Assembly: GCA_902615425.1 (NCBI GenBank)
Contig: CACMPD010000004.1
Span: forward strand, 9,437 to 73,436
Source: an uncultured Pelagibacteraceae bacterium
GTDB lineage: Bacteria; Pseudomonadota; Alphaproteobacteria; Pelagibacterales; Pelagibacteraceae
DNA length: 64,000 nt
Direction: 5' to 3'
Shown here: positions 19,788 to 30,233 of the stretch, one piece after another
Layout of the letters: every line of letters starts with the position of its first letter
Position numbering within the stretch: the stretch's first letter is position 1
The notes under the pieces: model-generated
Database searches by the model: none
Seen by the model: the letters and a program-made list of their open reading frames with translations, nothing else
Told to the model about the DNA's origin: nothing
Program-made: the position numbers and the translations under genes

Positions 19788-20500
19788 AGATATTTCCTGC
19801 AATTGATATCAAAGATAAAAAGTGTGTGAGGTTAATTAAAGGAGATTTTGATAATAAAACTGAGTATGAAACGTCTCCGGTTGAGCAAGCCAGCAAATTT
19901 AAAGATCATGGCTTCAAAAATTTACATGTAGTTGATTTGGATGGAGCTTTAACTGGTGAGACCAATAATTTAGATATTATCCAAGATATAGTAAGTAGAT
20001 TTGATCTTAAAATTGAGGTTGGTGGAGGTATTAGGAATTTTGAGAGTATTCAAAAGTATACTGATGTTGGAGTTGAAAAAGTAATCCTAGGCAGTGCCGC
20101 AATAAAAGATAAAAATTTTCTAAAAGAAGCCTGTGAAAAATTTCCAAACAAAATTGCGTTAGGTTTAGATGCTAAAGATGGATATTTATCCATATCTGGT
20201 TGGCAGGAAAACTCTAATCAATTAACTCTAGATTATTTAAAAGAGGTAAATGGTTATGGTGTTAGCAGATTGATTTATACGGATATCAACAGAGATGGTA
20301 TGAAACAAAGTCCAAATTTTGAAGAGACTACAAAAGTTTCTGAAAAATCAAATTGTCCAGTTATTATTTCTGGTGGCGTGTCATCAATAGATGACATTAA
20401 AAAAGCCAAAACTTTAAAAAATATTGAGGGTATTATAGTTGGCAAAGCTATTTATGATGGAGATATAAAGTTAGAGGAACTGGTAAAAGAAGATGCTTAA
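19784..20500 (+). CDS. hisA: ProFAR isomerase
   Basis: [40 protein letters not shown]. Confidence 0.97.
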   Translation: MKIFPAIDIKDKKCVRLIKGDFDNKTEYETSPVEQASKFKDHGFKNLHVVDLDGALTGETNNLDIIQDIVSRFDLKIEVGGGIRNFESIQKYTDVGVEKVILGSAAIKDKNFLKEACEKFPNKIALGLDAKDGYLSISGWQENSNQLTLDYLKEVNGYGVSRLIYTDINRDGMKQSPNFEETTKVSEKSNCPVIISGGVSSIDDIKKAKTLKNIEGIIVGKAIYDGDIKLEELVKEDA

Positions 20501-21248
20501 AAATAGAATCATTCCTTGTTTAGATGTTAAAAACGGACGTGTAGTCAAAGGTATTAACTTCGTTGATTTGAAAGACGCTGGTGATCCTGTTGAGCAAGCA
20601 AAAATTTATTCTGATGGCGGAGCAGATGAAATATGTTTTTTAGATATTACTGCTTCAAATGAAAATAGAGATACAATTTATGATGTAGTTGAGAGAACAT
20701 CAAAAAAATGTTTTGTCCCTTTAACTGTTGGTGGAGGAGTAAGAAGTATAGATGATATCAATAAATTATTAAATTGTGGTGCAGATAAAGTTTCTATAAA
20801 TACTGCTGCTGTTGAAAATCCAAAAGTTGTTTTAGATAGTTCAAAAAAGTTTGGTTCACAATGTATTGTTGTTGCAATTGATGCAAAGAAAAATGGAGAC
20901 AAGTGGGAAATATTTACTCATGGAGGTAGAAACAATAGTGGTCTTGATGCTTTAGAGTATGCGAAAAAAATGGAAGATAGTGGTGCAGGAGAATTACTTG
21001 TAACATCAATGGATAGAGATGGAACACAAATAGGTTATGACGTCGATTTGATAAGTAAAATTGCATCAAAAGTAAATATACCTTTAATTGCTTCAGGAGG
21101 CGTTGGTAATTTAGATCATTTGGTTGATGGAATTAAGTTAGGAAATGCTAGCGCAGTTTTAGCAGCCTCAATATTTCACTATGGAAAACATTCAGTGCAA
21201 GAGGCTAAGGAATATTTGGACTCAAAAGGAATTCCTGTTAGAATTTAG
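20493..21248 (+). CDS. hisF: Imidazole glycerol phosphate synthase cyclase subunit
   Basis: [40 protein letters not shown]. Confidence 0.98.
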   Translation: MLKNRIIPCLDVKNGRVVKGINFVDLKDAGDPVEQAKIYSDGGADEICFLDITASNENRDTIYDVVERTSKKCFVPLTVGGGVRSIDDINKLLNCGADKVSINTAAVENPKVVLDSSKKFGSQCIVVAIDAKKNGDKWEIFTHGGRNNSGLDALEYAKKMEDSGAGELLVTSMDRDGTQIGYDVDLISKIASKVNIPLIASGGVGNLDHLVDGIKLGNASAVLAASIFHYGKHSVQEAKEYLDSKGIPVRI

Positions 21249-21249
21249 T

Positions 21250-21531
21250 ATGTTAAGTACACTTGAAAATTTATTTAAGCTCGCGCGTGAAAGAAAAGAA
21301 AAGCCAGTAGATGGATCTTATACTAATAAATTATTATCAGATAAATTACTAAGCAAATCAAAAGTTCTAGAAGAAATAAATGAACTTATTGAGGCTGTAG
21401 ATAAAGATACTAATAAAATACATGAAGCTGCTGATGTATTTTATCATTTGATAATTTATCTAGAGGCAAATAATATTAAGATTGAAGATATTGAAAGTGA
21501 ATTAGAAAAAAGAAAAAAATCAAATGAGTAA
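21250..21531 (+). CDS. hisE: Phosphoribosyl-ATP pyrophosphatase (start at ATG 21250)
   Basis: GSYTNKL, KVLEEINE, HEAADVFYH; follows hisF. Confidence 0.92.
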   Translation: MLSTLENLFKLARERKEKPVDGSYTNKLLSDKLLSKSKVLEEINELIEAVDKDTNKIHEAADVFYHLIIYLEANNIKIEDIESELEKRKKSNE

Positions 21532-21880
21532 AATTAAGATTATATTTTTTTTAATACTAGGTTTTGTTGTTTATAAAGGTTACGAAGCTTTTACAAATTT
21601 TGAAATTGGTGTTTCTGATAGAATTACTGAGATTGAAGAAAAAGCTGATTTTGAAAGACAAGGAGAGGTTATAACCCTGATAATGTATCTAGGTGATCCT
21701 CCTCAATTAAACGAACATTTATTGGTTAAGAGTAAGTCGAAGTGTTTAAAAATGAGACAAAAAGCCGAAGAAACATCTTTTGCATATGGTGGATCTGCAT
21801 TTTACGAATGTGCGATCGTTAATGCAAATTTAAAAGGTGGGAAAATAACTAGTATAAATGAAAAGCTTGAAGTTTTATAA
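21524..21880 (+). CDS. Hypothetical membrane-anchored/exported protein
   Basis: N-terminal basic plus hydrophobic segment, two Cys; overlaps both neighbours. Confidence 0.7.
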   Translation: MSKIKIIFFLILGFVVYKGYEAFTNFEIGVSDRITEIEEKADFERQGEVITLIMYLGDPPQLNEHLLVKSKSKCLKMRQKAEETSFAYGGSAFYECAIVNANLKGGKITSINEKLEVL

Positions 21881-22245
21881 TGATGTACGATGACAATAAT
21901 ATTTTTGCAAAAATTTTAAGAGGTGAAATTCCTTGTAAAAAAATTTACGAGGATGATTTTGTATTATCTTTTTACGATATCAATCCCCAAAAAAAAATTC
22001 ATGCACTAGTAATCCCAAAAGGGAGGTACATAGATTTAGATGATTTTAGTAATAAAGCTTCACCAGATGAGATGGTAGGATTATTAAAAGGTATCAATAT
22101 AGTAGCAAAAAAACTTAATATTTCAGTTGATGTAGGCAAAGGATACAGGGCCGTAGCAAACATTAGTGAACATGGTGGTCAAGAAGTACCCCATCTTCAT
22201 TTCCACTTATTTGGTGGTGAACCCGTTGGTAAGATGGTGCTGTGA
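21880..22245 (+). CDS. HIT family nucleotide-binding protein (HinT-like)
   Basis: IFAKILRGEIP, GQEVPHLHFH. Confidence 0.95.
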   Translation: MMYDDNNIFAKILRGEIPCKKIYEDDFVLSFYDINPQKKIHALVIPKGRYIDLDDFSNKASPDEMVGLLKGINIVAKKLNISVDVGKGYRAVANISEHGGQEVPHLHFHLFGGEPVGKMVL

Positions 22246-22745
22246 ATAAGAGGGTTGAGAGAAATTATTTGGAAATATCTTATTTGGAAGATTTAAAAGA
22301 CTCCTCAAATTTATCAAACCATTACTCGATAAACTTCGTGGATCCTGTTGATTTTCAACTTAATAAATTTTTTTACAAAAATATTGGCAAAAGTCATCAT
22401 TGGGTAGACCGATTAGTATGGGGCGAAAAACAATGGTTAGATTATGTATCTGACAAAAAAGTTAAAACCTATGTATTAAAAGACAAGAATGAACTAGCGG
22501 GTTATTTTGAATTAATTTTACACACAGATAAAAACGAGGTCGAGATAGCCTATTTGGGTTTATTGGAAGAATATCAAAATAAAAAATTAGGTTCATATTT
22601 ATTATCAGCTGCAATTAAAAATTCCTTTAAAGAAAAACCTAAGAGAGTTTGGGTTCATACATGTTCGTTAGATCATAAAAATGCATTAAACAATTATATC
22701 GCACGAGGTATGAAAGTTTTTAAAACTGAAACAGTCTTAATTTAA
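22242..22745 (+). CDS. GNAT family acetyltransferase
   Basis: YQNKKLGSYLL motif A-like, RVWVHTCSLDH..ALNNYIARG. Confidence 0.85.
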   Translation: MNKRVERNYLEISYLEDLKDSSNLSNHYSINFVDPVDFQLNKFFYKNIGKSHHWVDRLVWGEKQWLDYVSDKKVKTYVLKDKNELAGYFELILHTDKNEVEIAYLGLLEEYQNKKLGSYLLSAAIKNSFKEKPKRVWVHTCSLDHKNALNNYIARGMKVFKTETVLI

Positions 22746-22746
22746 G

Positions 22747-23295
22747 CTAGTTTTGTTGCGGAAGTTTAAATAATTCCTTTTTTAATTTTTGATTTCTTTT
22801 AATGGAAAAAAGATAGGTAATACTTACATTTTGATAAATATCTACTGTTTGCCATCCAATTAAGTTATAAGTTTTTTTATCAAAAAATAGATTTATCTCA
22901 TTTTCATTTTCTGTAAAGTTAAAGTTTATTAAATCATCATTCACTTCCCTTTGATCTAAATTTTTTATTTTTTTTAATAAATATTCTTTATTGAGAATTG
23001 TATCTAGAGGTGTTTTTTTAAGCGGATAAAAGTAATAACTACTTAATGTTTTAATGACTAATGATTTTCCATCTGCGACCAAAACCTTCTGATTACTTAA
23101 ATTATATTTGCAATAAATTTTTTTTGGATATTCAATTATACAATTACCATTTTCAATCTTACCATTAATATTTTGCTCAAAATCAAATGATACATTTTTA
23201 ATATCTGTAAATTTTTTAATTATATTTTCTTTTATTGATGCAGAAACATTGGAAGTAATTGAAAAAAAAATTAGGATAATAAAAAGTTTTTTCAT
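22747..23295 (-). CDS. lolA: Outer-membrane lipoprotein carrier LolA-like
   Basis: Signal peptide, FEQ, VADGKSL, YPLKKTPL; downstream of ftsK. Confidence 0.85.
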   Translation of the reverse strand: MKKLFIILIFFSITSNVSASIKENIIKKFTDIKNVSFDFEQNINGKIENGNCIIEYPKKIYCKYNLSNQKVLVADGKSLVIKTLSSYYFYPLKKTPLDTILNKEYLLKKIKNLDQREVNDDLINFNFTENENEINLFFDKKTYNLIGWQTVDIYQNVSITYLFSIKRNQKLKKELFKLPQQN

Positions 23296-25379
23296 TTAAG
23301 AACATCTCTTTTTCCAACGTGATTTGCTTTACTCACTATTCCCTCGGATTCCATCATATCAATTATTCTTGCAGCTCGATTATATCCAATTTGAAGTTTT
23401 CTTTGTAAATATGAAGTTGATGCTTTTCCTTCTGTTTTAATTATTTCAATAGCTGTCTGATATAATTCATCTTTTTCGCCTTGATTTTTTGCTTCATTCA
23501 ATTCTTTTTCATCAGCAAAATTAAGTATTTCATCAACATAATCAGGCTCCGCTTGAGATCTTAAAAAATTATTAATTTTTTCTATTTCTGTGTCCGAGAC
23601 AAATGGAGCATGAATTCTTACAATTCTATTTGCAGATGACATATATAGCATATCGCCTTTTCCCAACAATTGCTCAGCCCCTTGTTCGCCTAAAATTGTT
23701 CTACTATCTATTTTAGAGGTGACTTGAAAAGAAATTCGGGTTGGAAAATTTGCTTTAATCGTGCCTGTAATCACATCAACGCTGGGCCTTTGAGTAGCCA
23801 TAATAATATGAATACCTGCGGCTCTAGCCATTTGTGACAATTTTTGAATATAATTTTCAATTTCTTTTCCTGCTACTAACATTAAATCAGACATCTCATC
23901 AACTACCACTACTATGTAAGGCATCGGCAATTTATGTTTTGAATTATAACTATCAATATTTCTCACTCCTTCTTTGGTCATCAGCCTATATCTGCTCTCC
24001 ATCTCTTTAACCACCCAACCCAGAACAGAGGCAGCCTTTTTTGCCTCGGTAATGACAGGGCAAAGTAGGTGTGGAATTCCTTCATAAGTAGAAAGTTCTA
24101 ACATCTTAGGATCAATTAGAATAAATTTACATCTTTCTGGAGTATGCTTGTAAAGAAGAGACAAAATAATTGTATTGATACAAACAGATTTTCCTGAGCC
24201 TGTGGTACCAGCAATAAGCAAATGAGGCATTGCAGATAAGTCTCCGATGATTGGAGTGCCAGAAATATTTTTTCCTAAAGCAATAGGTAATTTGATTTCT
24301 TTCTTTTTAAAGCTTGAATTATCTAAAATTTCACTGAGATATACATTCTCTCTATTTAAATTTGGAAGTTCTATACCTATAGTATTACTTCCTGGAATGG
24401 TTGCTATACGAGCTGACTCTGAGCTTGTATTTCTTGCAATGTCATCGGATAGATTGATTATTTTAGAAACTTTGATACCCGCAGCCGGTTCAAATTCATT
24501 TAGTGTAACAACTGGGCCATGGCTAACTTTTTTAATCTTTCCATTAACACCAAAATCTAAAAGAATTTTCTCTAAAAATTCTGGGTTATTATTTTCATTT
24601 TCTTTGACACTTTCTCTCTCTTTTTTTGTTGGAGTTTTTAACAAATCAATTGAAGGAAGAACAAATTTGTTTTTTGAAGACCTGTTATTTTCAGCTTTAA
24701 TAAATGGCAAATCCTCCTGTATAATATCTTTTATTTCATCTTGAGGGATAAATTCGTTTATAAGTTCATCCTTATTTGTATAATTTTTAGAGTTTTTCTT
24801 AAATAAAAAATTTGATATTTTTTTAATATTTAGAATAAAATTTTTTAATTTAAAATTTATACTTAAAATGAAAAAGAATAGAGTTAATAGTAAAAGTAAA
24901 TAATATGAAAAATCTTCAAATCTATTTAATAGATTAATTAAAAAGTTTTCTGATAGGTAATTACCAACAAAACCACCACTACCGTTGATATAAAGTGTAA
25001 AATTTTCAGAGTGAAATTTTGAGAAAAACAAAGATCCAAATAATGCATAAATTGTTACAAAAAAAGTGTTTTCTATAACAACTAAAATCTCTTTTGTTCT
25101 AAAAATACTTAAACCTGTAAAGATATAAGTAATAGGTAATAAGTAACTTATTAAGCCTAGTGACTGAAAAATAAAGTCAGAAGCTACACTACCCTGATAA
25201 CCCAAGATATTTTTGATTATTCTATTTTCTGGAAAAATGAAATTTGGGTCTTCTGGAGAGTATGAAATTAAGGCGATAAAAATTAAAACCCCCATTAGGA
25301 GAATACAAATACCAAAAATTTCAATTAATCTATTTGTTATGAATGTTAGGGCTGTATTTGAAAGTTTTTTTATATCCAT
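23292..25379 (-). CDS. ftsK: DNA translocase FtsK (start probably Met at 25379; ORF extends to 25412)
   Basis: N-terminal TMs, GPVVT, PHLLIAGTTGSGKS, IDPKMLEL, ATQRPSVDVITG, gamma domain LQIGYNRAAR. Confidence 0.97.
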   Translation of the reverse strand: MDIKKLSNTALTFITNRLIEIFGICILLMGVLIFIALISYSPEDPNFIFPENRIIKNILGYQGSVASDFIFQSLGLISYLLPITYIFTGLSIFRTKEILVVIENTFFVTIYALFGSLFFSKFHSENFTLYINGSGGFVGNYLSENFLINLLNRFEDFSYYLLLLLTLFFFILSINFKLKNFILNIKKISNFLFKKNSKNYTNKDELINEFIPQDEIKDIIQEDLPFIKAENNRSSKNKFVLPSIDLLKTPTKKERESVKENENNNPEFLEKILLDFGVNGKIKKVSHGPVVTLNEFEPAAGIKVSKIINLSDDIARNTSSESARIATIPGSNTIGIELPNLNRENVYLSEILDNSSFKKKEIKLPIALGKNISGTPIIGDLSAMPHLLIAGTTGSGKSVCINTIILSLLYKHTPERCKFILIDPKMLELSTYEGIPHLLCPVITEAKKAASVLGWVVKEMESRYRLMTKEGVRNIDSYNSKHKLPMPYIVVVVDEMSDLMLVAGKEIENYIQKLSQMARAAGIHIIMATQRPSVDVITGTIKANFPTRISFQVTSKIDSRTILGEQGAEQLLGKGDMLYMSSANRIVRIHAPFVSDTEIEKINNFLRSQAEPDYVDEILNFADEKELNEAKNQGEKDELYQTAIEIIKTEGKASTSYLQRKLQIGYNRAARIIDMMESEGIVSKANHVGKRDVLK

Positions 25380-25443
25380 ATCAAATGAATCAAATTTACC
25401 ACTTTGTATCATCTAATTTTTATTGTTAAAATTAAAAATTTAT

Positions 25444-26514
25444 ATGAAACTTTGTATTTTAGGTGGTGGCTTAACTGGATTAAGTTTAGCAAAATCTTTA
25501 GTTAAAAAAGGACTTTCTGTTGATATTTTTTTGAGTAAAAAAAACTTAGATTTTGATAGCAGTCGAACAATTGGCATATCAAATGATAATTTAATATATT
25601 TTAATAAAGAAATACTAGATATCAAAAAATTATTGTGGGATATAAAAAAAATTGAAATTTATTCTGATAATCTAAAAAGTGAAAAAATTTTAAATTTTGA
25701 AAATAACAATAAGACCCTCTTCGCTATACTTAGAAATTATGAATTACAAAGTAAATTATTAACAAGTTTAAAAAAGGAAAAGCTTTGTAAATTTAGAAAC
25801 AATTTTAACTATCAACTTTCGAGCTTTAAAAATTATGGGTTAATAATCAATTGTGAAAATAATAACTATTTTTCCAAGAAATATTTTGCAAGAAGACTCA
25901 AAAAAAAATATGATAGTTTTGCGTATACCACAATTTTAAAACACAAAAAAATTACAAATAATGTAGCATCTCAAATATTTACAAAAAATGGACCTTTGGC
26001 ATTTTTACCAATATCTGAGTTAAAAACATCTGTTGTTTATTCAATTAAAGGTAAAAAAAAAATTAATTTGGAAGAATTAATTAAAAAATATAATACTAAA
26101 TATTCAATTATAAATTTTGGCACTAGCAACTTTTTTGAGTTGAAGTCCTCAAACTTGAGAACTTATTATCATAAAAATATTTTGGCCTTTGGTGATTTAT
26201 TACATCGCCTCCATCCTTTAGCTGGCCAAGGTTTTAATATGACTATAAGAGATATTCAAGATTTGAGTAATTTAATTGATCTTAAGTTAAAGAATGGATT
26301 GGAGATAGATAATTCAATTTGTGAGGATTTTCAAAATATTACTAGACATAAAAACTACTTATTTTCTAGTGGAATTGATTTTATATATGAATTTTTTAAT
26401 CTTGAAACTAAGATGAACAATAATATCATTAGCAAATCAGTCAGGCTCATAGGAAAAAATAAATTTTTAAACAGCACTTTCAAATATATAGCTAATAGAG
26501 GTTTTAGAATTTAG
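25444..26514 (+). CDS. UbiH/UbiL-family FAD-dependent hydroxylase
   Basis: GGGLTG Rossmann motif, GPLAFLP, GDLLHRLHPLAGQGFN. Confidence 0.85.
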   Translation: MKLCILGGGLTGLSLAKSLVKKGLSVDIFLSKKNLDFDSSRTIGISNDNLIYFNKEILDIKKLLWDIKKIEIYSDNLKSEKILNFENNNKTLFAILRNYELQSKLLTSLKKEKLCKFRNNFNYQLSSFKNYGLIINCENNNYFSKKYFARRLKKKYDSFAYTTILKHKKITNNVASQIFTKNGPLAFLPISELKTSVVYSIKGKKKINLEELIKKYNTKYSIINFGTSNFFELKSSNLRTYYHKNILAFGDLLHRLHPLAGQGFNMTIRDIQDLSNLIDLKLKNGLEIDNSICEDFQNITRHKNYLFSSGIDFIYEFFNLETKMNNNIISKSVRLIGKNKFLNSTFKYIANRGFRI

Positions 26515-26516
26515 TT

Positions 26517-27161
26517 TTATTGAACAGTTGTATTATTATAATTATCAAAAGAATAAGTAGTTAAAATTTCAGAAATTTTAGTTTTTCTAAGTTCTAAATT
26601 TTTGGCTTCTAATAAAATTTGTTTTTCCTCTAATGTAAAAGGAGATGCCATTGCTAAAGCATTTATTGTTTCATCTAAACTTTGTTTTTCTAATCCTTTC
26701 CAATTGATAATAAATCCTTGTTTTTCAAAAAGATTTTTCAAGTCTTTAAAAATTAACTTTAAATCAGAAAATTGTAGATTTTCATTTTGATAATTTAAAT
26801 CATCATAAAAATTTTGAAAATTAACCTCATACTCTCTATATTTTTTGTTTGATTTTATTTCATTCAATTTTTGGAACCTGATAACACCTTTAAGCTCAAT
26901 TAAAAATTGACCACTATCATTTTCTTTAAAGCTAGTAATTTTACCCATACATCCAACATCGTATAATTCTGGAACAATCTGACCTTCTTTTAAGTTTTTT
27001 GGCTGTATCATACCAATAAACTTGTTTGACTTCATACTATCATTAATCATATCAATATATCTTGGTTCGAATATATTAAGTGGCACAGTAGTTCTTGGAA
27101 AAATTATAAAATTACTCAACGGAAAAACCGGCAAAGATTTAGGTAACTCTTCTTTTTTCAT
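26517..27161 (-). CDS. Lon N-terminal (substrate-binding) domain protein
   Basis: LPVFPL, PLNIFEPRY, GMIQP, EKQILLEA. Confidence 0.92.
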   Translation of the reverse strand: MKKEELPKSLPVFPLSNFIIFPRTTVPLNIFEPRYIDMINDSMKSNKFIGMIQPKNLKEGQIVPELYDVGCMGKITSFKENDSGQFLIELKGVIRFQKLNEIKSNKKYREYEVNFQNFYDDLNYQNENLQFSDLKLIFKDLKNLFEKQGFIINWKGLEKQSLDETINALAMASPFTLEEKQILLEAKNLELRKTKISEILTTYSFDNYNNTTVQ

Positions 27162-27250
27162 TATAAAAATATATCATAAAAAAAATCTCTTTAAAAAAAT
27201 AAAATGACACACTTAATCAAATTTCAATCTATAAAAAAAATATTCTAACT

Positions 27251-28072
27251 TTATTTAAAGTATAAACTTCTTAGAAATAGCGAATGCCACATAAAGTAGT
27301 ACACAAAAAGTAATTCTTGTAATTCTGATAGTCTAAAAAAATTAAACGATAGAATTATACTTAACATAGCACTTAAATTAAATCCCTTAAAAATTTCATT
27401 TTCAGTTATATGTAATTTTGAAAAATCAACCATTCCTGCCTTTGTCAATATTAAATCCGGAAGGATGAATATAAGCAATAAATAACTTATAAAAATGAGT
27501 TTTATATTTGGTGCTATGATTATTGTGAGCTCTTTTGAATTTTTTAATCTTGTGAATTTAAAAATTATTATAGATAACGAGCACCATATGATTACCAAAA
27601 TTCTCGGAAACTCATTGAAAATTCTTGATGTATTATGTAAATTCATTTCTCCTTGATGATTATAAAAAAAATTATCCTCTTTCAAAAAAAAATTGAATGT
27701 TTCGAAATTAAAAAGATGTTGCCCCCAACTAATTTCTTCCAACAAAAAATAACATAATCCAAATATTTCAATAATAATAAACCTTTTTATTAAAGATGTT
27801 TCAAAAAATTTTTTCTTTGATAGATATAAATTTAGAAGTATGAAAATAGTTATTATTAAAATAGTTATTTGAAGTGTTTCAATTAAACCATTTTCAAACC
27901 ATATAAATTCACTCCATCCTTCTAGATGTGTACCAAAAGTTATTGAGTAAAATTCTGGATATAGTTTATTCATACCCCAGCCAAAACTTTGATCAAATGC
28001 TTGAATCAAAAGAAAAATTATAAAGGTAATTAAAATAATGTTTGAATTTTTATAAACTCTTTTTAGTTTCAT
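27251..28072 (-). CDS. Uncharacterised multi-pass membrane protein
   Basis: Several hydrophobic segments; motifs ENGLIE and EEISWGQ...NHQGEMNLHN. Confidence 0.75.
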   Translation of the reverse strand: MKLKRVYKNSNIILITFIIFLLIQAFDQSFGWGMNKLYPEFYSITFGTHLEGWSEFIWFENGLIETLQITILIITIFILLNLYLSKKKFFETSLIKRFIIIEIFGLCYFLLEEISWGQHLFNFETFNFFLKEDNFFYNHQGEMNLHNTSRIFNEFPRILVIIWCSLSIIIFKFTRLKNSKELTIIIAPNIKLIFISYLLLIFILPDLILTKAGMVDFSKLHITENEIFKGFNLSAMLSIILSFNFFRLSELQELLFVYYFMWHSLFLRSLYFK

Positions 28073-28223
28073 AATATTATTTTTTAATAGAAATAAAAAT
28101 TTAGTAAAACTTAATATATCTACTAAAAGGTGAATTATGCTTAAATTAAAAATCTACAATGGCTGTTGATATTAAATCACTTGCATATTTTTAGAAAGCT
28201 ACTAATTTTAAGGATAAATATAA

Positions 28224-28298
28224 GCGGGCGTAGCTCAGTGGTAGAGCGTCTCGTTGCCAACGAGAAGGTCGAGGGTTCGATCCCCTTTGCCCGCTCCA
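28224..28298 (+). tRNA. tRNA-Gly(GCC)
   Basis: GCGGGCG acceptor stem, D-arm TAGCTCAGTGGTAGAGC, anticodon arm TCTCG-TTGCCAA-CGAGA, GGTTCGATCCC, encoded CCA. Confidence 0.98.
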
Positions 28299-28344
28299 AT
28301 TTAAGTTATATTGTAAAATTTAATTAGTTAAGGATACAAAAATA

Positions 28345-28680
28345 ATGAATGAACTTTTTGAGAAAAAATGTGTCCCTTGTGAAGGTGGTGTACCAGCGCT
28401 CGATATTAGTGAAATACATAAATATCAAAAAAAAATTGATGGTTGGGATGTTATCAAAAACAATAAAAATATATATTTTTTGGAGAAAAAATATACATTT
28501 AAAAACTTTGTTGAGAGTCAAAAATTTGTAAATGAAGTAGGTAGAATATCTGAGAAGGAAGGTCATCATCCTGAAATTTTATTTGGATGGGGTTATGCGA
28601 AAATAAATATTTCAACTCACGCAATTGAGGGATTATCTGAAAACGATTTCATCTTAGCTTCAAAGATTGACAAGATTTAA
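28345..28680 (+). CDS. phhB: Pterin-4-alpha-carbinolamine dehydratase
   Basis: CVPCEGG, EGHHPEI, THAIEGLSENDFILA. Confidence 0.93.
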   Translation: MNELFEKKCVPCEGGVPALDISEIHKYQKKIDGWDVIKNNKNIYFLEKKYTFKNFVESQKFVNEVGRISEKEGHHPEILFGWGYAKINISTHAIEGLSENDFILASKIDKI

Positions 28681-30233
28681 TGTCTAAAATGTCTTGTTTT
28701 AGAGAAAATTAAAATAGTATTAGTTTTATCTGCAAACTTTATAATCTCTTTATCTCTGATTGATCCTCTGGGTTGGATTACAGCAGAAACACCAGATTGA
28801 ATTAATCTTTCAATACCATCAATAAATGGAAAAAAAGCATCAGATGCTGCAACAATTTCTTTTTCATTTTTTTTGAAGCTTCTCATTTTATTTATTGCGA
28901 TTTGACAGCTATCAAGCCTACTAGGCTGTCCAGATCCAATACCAACTGTTGATTTATCACCAACAAGCACAATAGCGTTGGATTTAACATGACGGGAAAT
29001 ATTGAACGCAAATAATAAATTTTCAAATTGTATTTTGTTTGGTTTTTTTTTTGAGACAACTTTGAAATCCCTCTTTTTAAAAACAAAATCATCTTGAGAT
29101 TGAATCAACATTGAGTCTGATGCAGAGTTTATTTGAAGAACATCATCAAATTTAAAGTTTGTCGAATCTATAATTCTAACATTCTTCTTGGATTTTAATA
29201 ATTTAAGAGCACTTGTTTCAAAACCATTTGCAATTATTACTTCTAAAAAGGTTTTATTTAACTCAACAGCTAAACTTTTATTAATTTTAAAATTACAAGA
29301 GACAATACCCCCAAATGCGCTTATAGGATCACATTCAAATGCAGATTTATAACTGCTTACTTTGTCCTTTAAAATAGAAACTCCACACGGGTTAGCATGT
29401 TTGATAATTACAGTGCCTATATTTTTCGGTAGACCTTTGGATATCTTTAAAGCAGCAAAAATATCATTGTAATTGTTATAGCTTAATTGTTTTCCATGAA
29501 TTTTTTTTAATTTGAAATCCTTATTTTTAGAGTAAATAGCAGATATTTGGTGCGGATTTTCTCCATATCTTAATTTCTCGATTAAGTTTCCGTAAATAAT
29601 TTTTTTCTCTGTAAAATTTTCACTTGTGACTGAATTGAAGTAATCTGAAATTACGGAGTCATAATATGCTGTTTCATTAAAGGCCGATTGAGATAATTTT
29701 TTTCTAAATTCTAATTTTGTTGCACCCTTAAATCTTTTTAACTGATCAATCAATGCTGAATATTGATTGATGGATGTTATTACTGCAACGTCATTGTAAT
29801 TTTTTGCAGCACTCCTAACTAAAGCAGGACCACCAATATCAATTTTTTCAATTATTTTATTGTGATTTTTTGTTTTATTTAAAGTTTTTTCAAATGGATA
29901 AAAGTTGACTATAACTAAATCAATATTTTGAAAATTATTTTTTTTTATTTCTCTTTTGTGAGAATTATTATTTCTTTTATTCAAGATTCCTGCATGAATT
30001 TTTGGATGAAGTGTTTTAACACGTCCATCAAGAATTTCATTAAAACCAGTGTAATCAGAAACTTCAAGGCATCGATAACCTAATTTTCTAATTGCTTTAA
30101 ATGTACCCCCTGAACTAATCAGTTTAATATTATACCTGTTTAAAGTTTGTAATAATGGTTTTAAGTTTGATTTATCTGAAACAGAAATTACAGCTGATTT
30201 TATTCTTCTTACTATATCTTTTTTATTTGCCAT
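28677..30233 (-). CDS. purH: AICAR transformylase/IMP cyclohydrolase
   Basis: SVSDK, GRVKTLHP, IDIGGP, LRYGENPHQ, KHANPCG, SDAFFPF, RHFRH. Confidence 0.98.
   Translation of the reverse strand: MANKKDIVRRIKSAVISVSDKSNLKPLLQTLNRYNIKLISSGGTFKAIRKLGYRCLEVSDYTGFNEILDGRVKTLHPKIHAGILNKRNNNSHKREIKKNNFQNIDLVIVNFYPFEKTLNKTKNHNKIIEKIDIGGPALVRSAAKNYNDVAVITSINQYSALIDQLKRFKGATKLEFRKKLSQSAFNETAYYDSVISDYFNSVTSENFTEKKIIYGNLIEKLRYGENPHQISAIYSKNKDFKLKKIHGKQLSYNNYNDIFAALKISKGLPKNIGTVIIKHANPCGVSILKDKVSSYKSAFECDPISAFGGIVSCNFKINKSLAVELNKTFLEVIIANGFETSALKLLKSKKNVRIIDSTNFKFDDVLQINSASDSMLIQSQDDFVFKKRDFKVVSKKKPNKIQFENLLFAFNISRHVKSNAIVLVGDKSTVGIGSGQPSRLDSCQIAINKMRSFKKNEKEIVAASDAFFPFIDGIERLIQSGVSAVIQPRGSIRDKEIIKFADKTNTILIFSKTRHFRH

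Noticed and set aside
28224-28345. tRNA-Gly as an integration site for a genomic island
   Set aside because: No integrase, no duplicated tRNA 3' end, and core genes follow directly
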